NCBI GenBank assembly: GCA_038889235.1
Contig: JAWAHN010000001.1
Span: 150,001 to 182,000, forward strand
Direction: 5' to 3'
Length of the DNA: 32,000 bases
From: Candidatus Jordarchaeales archaeon
GTDB taxonomy: Archaea; Asgardarchaeota; Jordiarchaeia; Jordiarchaeales; Freyrarchaeaceae
Under the pieces are notes generated by a model. The model was not told the DNA's origin. It saw nothing but the letters and a program-made list of their open reading frames with translations, and did not search any database. A program made the position numbers and the translations under genes. Numbering within the stretch: the first letter of the stretch is position 1; each line of letters opens with the position of its first letter. Positions 1-8,621 of the stretch are shown in pieces.

Positions 1-1
1 A

Positions 2-2812
2 ATAATTTATCAGACGTACACTGACACTACGCCAGTCAGCTTGGATGGGGATACATCCATAACCGTTGTGCTAGGCATAGTTAACCTCATATGCCAGGCG
101 GTATACCCGTGGAACAGCAGCATACCGTACATTAACGTTACGGTCATGAAGGAAGGACAACTTATCACTTCAGGAATAACTAACAGTACAGGATACGTAC
201 ACTTCCGCCTGCCACCAGGCACATACAATGTATTTCTCTACGAAGATGGCGTGCAGCGAGCAGTTAATGAGTCGGATTATGTCCAGTTAGATCTTTCAGA
301 AAGCAATACACCATACACCGCAATTCTCAACTGCACCTACTACCTCCAAGTTCCCTCACTCACAGGGACAGTCATATCCATTGTTAACGGCACATCGCTG
401 TCATTTACCTGGACACCGCACAAGGTTATGCTCATGGTCACATGGTATTATGAAGATGATAACGGGACTGACGTGAACCGCTCTGAGGATGAAAGTCGCT
501 ACTTGCAGTACAGGGTTATTAACGCTTCAAGAGTGGTTTTAGACTGGACGAATCTGACGCAGCATTATAGCAACGGCGGAATATATTATTTAGCTGATCT
601 TACTGGCCTTCTTTATGGTGGAGTGGTTTACACTGTCGAGTTTAGGGCTGGTGGCTCAGGGTTTGAGTCTGTTGCGGCAAGCGCACTCGTTCAGGTTAAT
701 CCTGTTATACTGAGTGATTCCAACGTTAATGTTTCGCGTCTGGGAACCTACTTCTGGAACCAGGAGGATATCCCAGTTTGGGTCCGTGTCTACGACGACT
801 ATAACGGGCTCCCAGTGGTTGGTGCCAACGTCACGTGGAGCGTTGAGGGGTTCGGCAGTTTCCGGCTAAACCACGCTGGGGACGGAAACTACACGGGAAT
901 CATACCTAAGGACCTCTTGCCTCAGGGAAGTTACATTGTGAGCTTCAGGGTGGAGTGCGCGAACTACACCGTTTACACGAAGGACAGACCTATAGTAATC
1001 GCTCCGAGGCCGATAAGCTTGGAGTTTAAGCCTACGTACGACGTCGTCTTTGGAGACAGCGTCATGTTTTACGTTTACTGTAAGGATAATCTTACGGGTG
1101 AGCCGTTGAGATCTGTGGCAAGCGTCTTCTACTCTATCGAAGGAACAATGTTCTCTGGCGTTCTTACAGACGAGGACGGGGATGGTAACTACACTGGCAC
1201 ATTTGATACTTCGCTTCTCCCCTCGGGTGTAAGCTACGGCATCACGGTTACCGTCAAATTAGAGAACTACGTTTCAGTAGAGAAGACAATATACTTGTTT
1301 GTTAAGCCTGTTCCAATGGTAATCCAGGATGTTCAGATTTCTAGGACGCACTGGAGGGACACGCTTAACTTGACTGTTACTGTTTGGGACGTGCATAATA
1401 GTGTGCCAGTTGTGGATGCGAGCGTCAGTTGCACCGTTACTAGGGATGGGGTTGTAGTGTTCGAGGCTCCGCTCGAAAGCCTGGGTAACGGAACTTACAT
1501 GCTTAGCGTCGATACGATAGGCATGCCTCCGGGCGAGTACACCGCGGTGTTCAGCGCCTCCAAGGAGGACTACTCTGCTCAGAATATGACGGTGAAGTTC
1601 AGCATACTGCATATTCCAATGGAAATTCAGAATGTTAATGTTACAGAGGCGCGCTGGAGGGAAAAGCTCAACTTGACGGTTACGGTTTGGGACACTCACA
1701 ATGGTGTCCCGGTTGAGGATGCGGTGGTCAGCTGTGTTATAATGAGGGATGGCGTGGTTGTGCGCGAGGTTCAGCTTGAGAGCTCGGGTGACGGAACCTA
1801 CAGGATTAGCATCGACACGACCAGCATGTCTGCGGGCAGATACACTGCTGTTCTCAAAGCATCCAAGGAAAACTACCTTGCCCAGCCTATGCAGGTGGAG
1901 TTCAGCATACTGCCTGCTTCAGCTACAGTTGCTCCGGTGGGCAACGTCGTCCTCGGAGGAGGCGCACCATACATGGTCCTGCTTGGAGGTTATGGTGAGG
2001 TTGAGAATGGTGTTCCCTTTGTTGTTCTTGTTTTTGAGTACAGGGATGCTTATGGTAACCCTGTTCCTGGAGCCACAGTCACAGCCAACGGCTTACCACT
2101 AACACACATCGGAGACGGACGGTACATGATGGTTGTTCCCACAGGCATGCCTTTCACCATGCCCATTGTGGTTTCGGCTTCGGCGGAGAACTATGAGTCG
2201 TCTCAGACATTTCAAGTGTTAACGGTCAGGGAGAGGAGCGTTGTTATACCTGGGCTTAATTTAAGGGTGCCGTTGACGATGTTCTTGGTGGCTTCGCTCG
2301 CGGTTGTTGCTCCGCCCGCCAGTATCGCGGGGTATGTTTATGTGAAGAGGGCGCGGACGCCACCTATAATAAGGCGCATAGACAAGTTGATTGAGGCTAT
2401 ACAGAAGGGTGCTAGGATTGAGGTTGGAAAGCCGCTGACGAGAGACGATGTGATCCTGTCCCTCCTCTGGGAGGAGATGGCGGTTGTCGGCGTTGAGCCC
2501 AGGATCGCTGTGATGCCTGTTGAAGTCGTGGACAAGCTGGTTCCGCTACTGGTCGAAAGCGGGCTAACCAAGGACGAAGCTGTCACTACTCTGAAGGAGC
2601 TTAGAGCTACCGCACCGGCTGAGAGAGAGCGGTTACTTGCATCTCTAGGAGTCCCACCCGACGTGAGCGCGGTGATACTTGGTGAGCTGGAGAAGCAGGA
2701 GGAAAAAGAGGGCGCAAAGAAGACAGCGAAGGGAAAGAAAAAAGCAGAAACGGAGGAAGGAGCAGGCGAGGGGCTCGAGGGGGACATTGAAGAGAAAATA
2801 GATGAGGAGTAG
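2..2812 (+). CDS. Large membrane-anchored surface glycoprotein with Ig-like repeats (5' partial)
   Basis: The frame is open from position 2 (IIYQTYTDTTPVS...), so the gene starts upstream of the window. It has five beta-rich ~100-aa units with G(D/N)G(N/T/R)Y motifs, many N-x-S/T sequons, a C-terminal TM helix (FLVASLAVVAPPASIAGYVYV), a basic stop-transfer segment KRARTPPIIRRIDKL and an acidic tail. Confidence 0.85.
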   Translation: MIYQTYTDTTPVSLDGDTSITVVLGIVNLICQAVYPWNSSIPYINVTVMKEGQLITSGITNSTGYVHFRLPPGTYNVFLYEDGVQRAVNESDYVQLDLSESNTPYTAILNCTYYLQVPSLTGTVISIVNGTSLSFTWTPHKVMLMVTWYYEDDNGTDVNRSEDESRYLQYRVINASRVVLDWTNLTQHYSNGGIYYLADLTGLLYGGVVYTVEFRAGGSGFESVAASALVQVNPVILSDSNVNVSRLGTYFWNQEDIPVWVRVYDDYNGLPVVGANVTWSVEGFGSFRLNHAGDGNYTGIIPKDLLPQGSYIVSFRVECANYTVYTKDRPIVIAPRPISLEFKPTYDVVFGDSVMFYVYCKDNLTGEPLRSVASVFYSIEGTMFSGVLTDEDGDGNYTGTFDTSLLPSGVSYGITVTVKLENYVSVEKTIYLFVKPVPMVIQDVQISRTHWRDTLNLTVTVWDVHNSVPVVDASVSCTVTRDGVVVFEAPLESLGNGTYMLSVDTIGMPPGEYTAVFSASKEDYSAQNMTVKFSILHIPMEIQNVNVTEARWREKLNLTVTVWDTHNGVPVEDAVVSCVIMRDGVVVREVQLESSGDGTYRISIDTTSMSAGRYTAVLKASKENYLAQPMQVEFSILPASATVAPVGNVVLGGGAPYMVLLGGYGEVENGVPFVVLVFEYRDAYGNPVPGATVTANGLPLTHIGDGRYMMVVPTGMPFTMPIVVSASAENYESSQTFQVLTVRERSVVIPGLNLRVPLTMFLVASLAVVAPPASIAGYVYVKRARTPPIIRRIDKLIEAIQKGARIEVGKPLTRDDVILSLLWEEMAVVGVEPRIAVMPVEVVDKLVPLLVESGLTKDEAVTTLKELRATAPAERERLLASLGVPPDVSAVILGELEKQEEKEGAKKTAKGKKKAETEEGAGEGLEGDIEEKIDEE
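1313..1918 (+). repeat. Two tandem 303-bp (101-aa) intragenic Ig-like domain repeats
   Basis: PMVIQDVQISRTHWRDTLNLTVTVWDVHN... starts at 1313 and PMEIQNVNVTEARWREKLNLTVTVWDTHN... starts at 1616, a period of 303 bp. Confidence 0.85.
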
Positions 2813-3193
2813 CTATGTACTCTGCCTTCCCATTCTTTCTTGTTTTTGATTTTTAGGGTCTGAGAGCTGTTGTTTTACTTGCGCTTATTCGGGCTGTGGT
2901 TGCCCGTGTTGTTTGGGTGTTTTTGATTGTTTTGGGTGTTGTAGCTATGGGCTTCTTCCTCGTCACCTGCTCACCGTTTGCAGGGTCATCGGGAGCCGCA
3001 TCGGCGGGCACCACAGAGCCCGCCTCGAGGAACATTGTACCACGCCTCCAATGGCTACCACACAGTCATCGAGGCGAGATACATCCTCCAAACACCCCTA
3101 GCAGCTAAAACAGCTCAAAAACTTTTACAATAGACACAGTCTTTTTATGTGTCTTTCACGTCTTCGATTATTGTTCTTACGGCTTTTAACAGT

Positions 3194-4432
3194 TCACGTT
3201 TTTGGTCTTTTATTCCAGTCTTTTTTCCAATCCCATACTTCGACGTTTTTGGGTGTTCTTTTGAGCACGTCTTCACTTGGGACGATCAGTATTTTTCTCG
3301 CTTCTCTGAACCTAGCTAGTTTTTCTTCGATTCTGTCCACTTCTTCGCCGTTGACGTTCTTCTTCCATTTTACTTCGGCCACGACCTTCACTTTCATGTG
3401 TTCTCTGAGCGCTATGTCTACTTCTAGGTCTGGCTTTGATATCTTGACTGGCTGCATGCTGAACGTTCTCGACAGCAGTTCCTCGAAAAACCACTCCATG
3501 TACACTGGCACCCTTTCGTTGAACAATTCCCCAACCCTCTGCTCGTCCATGTCTGCCTCGAAGAAGCCGTACTTCTCGTTTAGGTAGTATGCGATGTCCA
3601 GTATTGGGGAGGCGTGCCTGTACTGGAAGCTCCTCCTCTTTCTCCCCTCTATTGGTATGGCTTTGATCAACCCCATCTGGATGAGGTTTTTAATGTATTG
3701 AGAGATGAGGCCGGGGTTGTCCTTCTCGATTAGCCCCTTCGAGTAGAGGTAGCTTGATATTTCAGAGGAGTACCTTTTCCCGTTGGCTATGGCGCCCAGG
3801 ATGGCCGAGTATCTGGCTGTGAGTTCTATGTCCTCCTCTGCGAAAACTTCCCCCACTAAGTGGGGGGCGTAGACTCTCAGCGCCTCCTTTAACCTGAAAG
3901 GCGCCTCCTCCTTGTACCTTTCAACAAGCGGTGCAAGCCACGGCTCCTGAACGATGCAAGCAGCCTCAAACATCTCTCTTCCCTTTAAGCCGAGGGACCC
4001 GGCGAAGACCAAGGCGTCCCTCGGGTCGACCAGCGAGACTTGCCTTAGCTCGAAGAGGCCGAGAAGCGGGCTTCCCTTCCCAACGACCTCCTTGAAGTAA
4101 TGCATGGTTGACGTTACCAGTATAAGGTGTCCTACGCCGCCCAGAGCTTGAATAGTCGAGAGCACGGGCTCGTCTAAGCGGTGGAACTCGTCCACTACGA
4201 TCTTCTCTTCCTTAACAATGAGCGGTAGAACCCTCCTGAACTCGCTTTGCGAGTAGTCTTCCCCGCTGCAGATGTCGATGAGAACCTTGTTCCTCGAAAC
4301 CACAAAATATCTGTCATACTCCGCTCTCTCCCTCACATAAAAGGTTTTCCCGGTCTTTCTCCGCCCGTAGACCAGCAACCATTTGAAACCGCGAAGGACG
4401 GGGTCAAGCTCTCTTCTTGGTATAACAGCCAT
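3194..4432 (-). CDS. Archaeal ATPase (ATPase_2-type) with C-terminal DUF234/PD-(D/E)xK-like domain
   Basis: Walker A YGRRKTGKT, Walker B IVVDEFH, a winged-helix-like middle region and C-terminal EVDIAL...AEVKW. The start is placed at ATG 4432 (MAVIPRRE); ATG 4447 is an alternative. Confidence 0.85.
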   Translation of the reverse strand: MAVIPRRELDPVLRGFKWLLVYGRRKTGKTFYVRERAEYDRYFVVSRNKVLIDICSGEDYSQSEFRRVLPLIVKEEKIVVDEFHRLDEPVLSTIQALGGVGHLILVTSTMHYFKEVVGKGSPLLGLFELRQVSLVDPRDALVFAGSLGLKGREMFEAACIVQEPWLAPLVERYKEEAPFRLKEALRVYAPHLVGEVFAEEDIELTARYSAILGAIANGKRYSSEISSYLYSKGLIEKDNPGLISQYIKNLIQMGLIKAIPIEGRKRRSFQYRHASPILDIAYYLNEKYGFFEADMDEQRVGELFNERVPVYMEWFFEELLSRTFSMQPVKISKPDLEVDIALREHMKVKVVAEVKWKKNVNGEEVDRIEEKLARFREARKILIVPSEDVLKRTPKNVEVWDWKKDWNKRPKT

Positions 4433-4455
4433 TATAATAACCACCATTATAATAA
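4429..4455. repeat. 15-bp-period duplication of the ATPase translation-start region
   Basis: ccattataataa occurs at 4429-4440 and 4444-4455. On the minus strand this reads GGTGA-TTATTATA-ATG-GT-GG-TTATTATA-ATG. Confidence 0.7.
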
Positions 4456-4647
4456 TCACCGTTACAACACTACGAAGACATTTAAACCTAACGACGAAGA
4501 GCACCAAAGGAAGGAAGAAGCGGACGTTTTAATTGACCCGGGAAGTAGGGCTAAACGTGACCCATGAGTGTGGTGGAAAGTTGCTGGTAAACACGAAGGA
4601 GGGCTTTTGCACCCGGGGTATCCCGCCAACTGAGCTTCGCTCATTGC

Positions 4648-5475
4648 CTAGTGGTGGCTCCACCCTTTCTCCCTGGTGAACATTCTAGAGAACATTTTGT
4701 AGCAGATGGCTGGGAGCTCCACCCTTCCGTAGTTTTCTGCCGTTATGAACCGTATAACGTGGTTTATGAGGAAGGTTGCCAGTAGCTCGAGCTGGTAGCT
4801 TCCAACACTGGACAGGTTTCTGCCAGAGTAGGATACGTCAAGCACCTCTCCGTTATAGAGTGCTTCGACGAAAACTTGCGGGAAAAACTCCCTTTTCACT
4901 CTCCACTCGGAGCCACTCTTCAGCACCTCTGCACCCGTAAACCTTCCAAGCTTCTCAGAGTCCTCCGCCTTCAGCAGCCTGAAGGGCTCCCTTCTCTCCT
5001 CCAGTATTTTGACCATAAGACTAGACTTTCCACCGTAACCCTTGTCCACTGATTCTCGCCCAGTTAGCTTCGCCGCCAGGAGGTTTAAGGCGATACTTGT
5101 GAACGTAACCAAGTCCTCTCCGGGAACCCAGTAGGCTCTCTCGCCTGAGAACAGGAACTTCAGCTCGCCCTCAACGTCGCCGAACTCGTCCCCGTAGTAG
5201 AAGTAAAGCACGTGGACGTTGACCTCTGGAAAGAACTCGAGCGTGAAAGCCCAGTCCTCTCCCAGCCCAAGACTCTCAAATCTGCCGCCCAAAGCCTCGC
5301 AAACCACGCCGCGAACCCTCTCCAGCCCAAAATCCTTGAAGAGTGGAAACATCGCCGCACTAAACTCTTCGAGCTCCCTCTGGTGGGGGCTCCCGACAAC
5401 CCCGTCGATCTGCCCTACAACCAGAAACCTCGGCTTCACCAAACCCACCCTTTTCCACCCGGTCAAGTTGGACAT
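4648..5475 (-). CDS. DUF3786-like protein (two related halves)
   Basis: FFPEVNVHVLYFYYGDEFGDVEGELKFLFSGERAYWVPGEDL resembles the DUF3786 motif. A second, degenerate copy follows (FFPQVFVEALY...ELLATF). The start is placed at ATG 5475. Confidence 0.6.
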   Translation of the reverse strand: MSNLTGWKRVGLVKPRFLVVGQIDGVVGSPHQRELEEFSAAMFPLFKDFGLERVRGVVCEALGGRFESLGLGEDWAFTLEFFPEVNVHVLYFYYGDEFGDVEGELKFLFSGERAYWVPGEDLVTFTSIALNLLAAKLTGRESVDKGYGGKSSLMVKILEERREPFRLLKAEDSEKLGRFTGAEVLKSGSEWRVKREFFPQVFVEALYNGEVLDVSYSGRNLSSVGSYQLELLATFLINHVIRFITAENYGRVELPAICYKMFSRMFTREKGWSHH

Positions 5476-5547
5476 TAAAAGACGCGAGAATTTAAACTCT
5501 TTCCCAAAAAGCGAAAACAATACGAGCACAAAAATAGAGTGTGAAGA

Positions 5548-8409
5548 CTATGCTCCGCCAGTCTCTATCTTGCCCAGCTCATCTATGAGCCTTTTAAGCT
5601 CCTTTTCAAGAGCGCGCAGCTTTTTCCTCTCTTTGTCGGTGAGTTCACCCCTCTCCTCCTTCACCCTGAACTCCTCGATCTTGGACCTTATCTCGTTAAA
5701 CCTCGCCCTAACCTCCTCAATCTTACCCGTTATTATCAGCTCTCTCACCCGTATCCTCGAGAGCGTGTCATCTATACTCGCAATCCTCTGCTCAAGCGTC
5801 TCCTTCTCACGGCTCAACTCAGAGATACGCCTCTCATACTCCTCAACACTCAAAACCCTCTTATCGAGAAGCTCGCCAGCCTTCTTAGCCTCCTTCTCCA
5901 GGGAAGCGATAGCAGTCATCAAACGACTCTTCTCTTTAATCAACCCTCTCATCCTTGCCTCGTGAAGCTTGAGAAGCCTAGGATAGTTGAAAACGCTGTT
6001 AAAAGCACGCCTGAAAACATCCCTGAACTCTGAGACGTCACCACCCTCCCACTTTCTGAGGGCTGAGCCAGCCTCAGCCTCCACAAGCCTCAGAAACTCG
6101 GCGAGTCTACCTCTAAGCCACTCAACCTCAAGCTTGCCAACCTTTCCAGCGACGCAGACGACCTCCAAGAGCTCGCTTTCAGCCCTCACAAACGTTCCAA
6201 TGCGCGTCTCAAGCACGTTGAACCCTCCAAGCCTCATCTCCTCAGCAAAGCTCCTCACCGCAGACACGAAGCCCGACACAAGCGTAGCATCAACATCCAG
6301 CGAGAGAACGTCAAAGCTCCACAACGGAAGACCCGTCTCCCTATGCGTAACCAACACGTTCTCGATAGAAGAGAGAGCCTTAACAGGAGCCCGCCACCTC
6401 CTGTAAACCCTACCACCAGCAACACCACCAGCAACCACAACGGCAGCCGAAACACCCAGAAGAGCAAGAAGGCGTGAAAACTGAACGGACTGAGCAGATT
6501 GGGCCATGAAAGCCAAAACCTCAGCAACCACCTCTAGAGGCAACGGCGGCGGACTATAAGAAAGTTCAACAATCCTATATGTCTCCTCTATGTGACTCCC
6601 CCACACAACCATCTTAAACTTGTAGAAGCCCCCGCCAGGCAGAGTAAACTCCACAAAGTAAGACCCATTCCTATAGTTATCTATCTTATCCAGCCCAACT
6701 TCGCCTCCATCAACATAGAAGAGTCTTACTTCGGCATTTGTAACAGGGAAGCCAGTGTCGTTCCTCGAAACGTAAAACAGTATCCTTACACGGTCCGTGC
6801 TCTCAAGCCTATCTATCCTAATAGAGCATGGAGCCCTATCCGAAATACTGAAGGAGGACTGCTCGATCAAGCCAACCTCTAAGCCACACTCCACGAGAAG
6901 ACGCACCACATAGCTCCCAGGCTCGACGCTCACGTTAAACCAGCCAACATCAACTGTGCCGCCGCTGAAAACCGTCTGGTTTTCAAAGACTTTACCTCCA
7001 TCTTTGAGGACCGTTAAATTCGCTTTCCCGCTCAGTGTAGCAGTTAGCGCGCCCCTCACGGTCAAGTTGTCACCGACAACCGCACCACTAACATTGACCG
7101 GGCTGAAGCCCTCATACAGAGAGTAAATCGTTAAGAAGGAAAGAACGTTCGGCCCTCTACACTGTATTATCCACGTGCCATTCGCGGCCTCAAAAAGCAA
7201 CATCCCAGGGGCGTTAACCAGATAGACCCTTTCTTCCCCCGTATCACTATTCAGAGCGCCCGGAGTAATGTTCCACCAGTCAGCCGGTATCGACACGTTG
7301 ATGAACATACCTGAACCAATGTCAGGGAAACCGTGATCTTCTGTGGCGTCAATGGTAACATTCCATTTTACTTCGCTAATCGCAACTGCATAAGTAGTAG
7401 TGGCATTTATTTTTCTGTAAAACACAGAATTGGCCTTAGAAACGTTGAAATAGACAATGTCATTCCAACTTGAAGACGCATCGAAATGCACTATCCCATC
7501 TTGAGACTCAAATGGACCATTAATAGTACAATTTCCAACTCCTCTCTTCCCAGGAAAATCAAGGACACTAGCACCCTCAATTTTCAACCCAACTTCACTA
7601 GGGTACGCAGGACCATAACTAAGAAAAACGTTCATTAGAAAGTCTCCTGGTATACTTAGGCCTACCTCAAAAGATCCATCTGTTAAATTTATGCGTCCAG
7701 CGTAAGCTTCACCGTCGTTATATGGCTCTTCATCGTCAACATAAAACCATTCAGCCCATATTCCATTGCTCTCAAGAACTACGAAAAAAGTATTATTTAC
7801 TGTATTAGAAGCGTTCAGCATTGCATTGTTAAGAGAAAGGTTCAACCATCCCCTCTTAAACGTAGCATTACTATAAGAGATTTTGTTTGTTACATTTTTA
7901 TCAGGAACTAGACGATTCAATGTAGTATTCATTGTAGCATTCATAATATATACAAGCAAAGCTCCACTATATTGTACCTGAAGATAACAAGATACATTAT
8001 ATACTATGGTATTAATAGTTGATACAGGGAAAGACATAGCGAGTGTTGTGTAAGTAAATGGAATATTCGTAAAAAGAGTTACTCCCAATGTTCCCTTTCT
8101 GTCACCTTGCTTTATTGTTGCGTTTGGTGCTGTTATGTTTGTTATTGTTAGTGTTGTGTTTAGTATTCCCCAACCTTGCGGGCATGATATGTTGAAGCCG
8201 CTTTCGGTGTCTGCCTGACCTGGTGATGTGATATTTCCCGTTATTATTAGTGTGGCGTTAGTGTCTGCTCCCTGCCCTGTTATTGGGGTGTTTTTTGTTG
8301 CGGGTGTTGTTGTCATTGATATGGGTGTGATTATGTTTTGGTTTTGGATTATTATGGGGGTTAGGAGGATTAGGGTTAGTATTATTATTGATATTGTTTT
8401 TAGTTTCAC
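5548..8409 (-). CDS. Single-pass surface receptor-like glycoprotein: signal peptide, ~600-aa extracellular region, TM helix, cytoplasmic longin/roadblock-like domain and coiled coil
   Basis: GTG start with a GGAGGAGGG RBS and signal peptide MKLKTISIIILTLILL. It has more than 25 N-x-S/T sequons, TM LLALLGVSAAVVVAGGVAGG, then IENVLVTHRETGLPLWSF...DATLVSGFVSAVRSFAEE (Asgard-type longin-like signature) and an E/K-rich C-terminal coiled coil. Confidence 0.85.
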   Translation of the reverse strand: MKLKTISIIILTLILLTPIIIQNQNIITPISMTTTPATKNTPITGQGADTNATLIITGNITSPGQADTESGFNISCPQGWGILNTTLTITNITAPNATIKQGDRKGTLGVTLFTNIPFTYTTLAMSFPVSTINTIVYNVSCYLQVQYSGALLVYIMNATMNTTLNRLVPDKNVTNKISYSNATFKRGWLNLSLNNAMLNASNTVNNTFFVVLESNGIWAEWFYVDDEEPYNDGEAYAGRINLTDGSFEVGLSIPGDFLMNVFLSYGPAYPSEVGLKIEGASVLDFPGKRGVGNCTINGPFESQDGIVHFDASSSWNDIVYFNVSKANSVFYRKINATTTYAVAISEVKWNVTIDATEDHGFPDIGSGMFINVSIPADWWNITPGALNSDTGEERVYLVNAPGMLLFEAANGTWIIQCRGPNVLSFLTIYSLYEGFSPVNVSGAVVGDNLTVRGALTATLSGKANLTVLKDGGKVFENQTVFSGGTVDVGWFNVSVEPGSYVVRLLVECGLEVGLIEQSSFSISDRAPCSIRIDRLESTDRVRILFYVSRNDTGFPVTNAEVRLFYVDGGEVGLDKIDNYRNGSYFVEFTLPGGGFYKFKMVVWGSHIEETYRIVELSYSPPPLPLEVVAEVLAFMAQSAQSVQFSRLLALLGVSAAVVVAGGVAGGRVYRRWRAPVKALSSIENVLVTHRETGLPLWSFDVLSLDVDATLVSGFVSAVRSFAEEMRLGGFNVLETRIGTFVRAESELLEVVCVAGKVGKLEVEWLRGRLAEFLRLVEAEAGSALRKWEGGDVSEFRDVFRRAFNSVFNYPRLLKLHEARMRGLIKEKSRLMTAIASLEKEAKKAGELLDKRVLSVEEYERRISELSREKETLEQRIASIDDTLSRIRVRELIITGKIEEVRARFNEIRSKIEEFRVKEERGELTDKERKKLRALEKELKRLIDELGKIETGGA
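8110..8220. repeat. 111-bp perfect direct repeat, copy 1 (inside the intact receptor gene)
   Basis: Identical base for base to 11073-11183. It encodes GQADTESGFNISCPQGWGILNTTLTITNITAPNATIK on the minus strand. Confidence 0.95.
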
Positions 8410-8482
8410 AAGCCCTCCTCCTTTGAAGATTTCGCAATGATAATTTGTACAAAATATTCTCTTTCTCTTCTCTTATAAATAG
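8410..8482 (-). promoter_or_regulatory. Putative TATA box and RBS of the intact receptor gene
   Basis: The minus strand has TATTTATAAG at about 8472-8481 and GGAGGAGGG just upstream of the GTG at 8409. Confidence 0.45.
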
Positions 8483-8621
8483 TTAATTAGTTCTTTCTTT
8501 TTCTGGCTTTTGGTTAGTGTGTTTAGTTTTGTTTGTTACTGCGTGGTTGTCGTTTGTTTTTGTCGTTAGGTTGTGTGGTTGTTTGTTTTGGGTGGGTTTC
8601 GTTTTTGAACTTACTTTTTTG

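Noticed and set aside
2815-3108. Hydrophobic small ORF (ATG 2815, in-frame TAG 2854-2856) as a possible read-through membrane protein, and a reverse-strand fragment faintly like a gamma-carbonic anhydrase
   Set aside because: The hydrophobicity follows from the T/G-rich composition. There is no recognisable motif and no pyrrolysine machinery in view, and the reverse-strand similarity is only a few residues.
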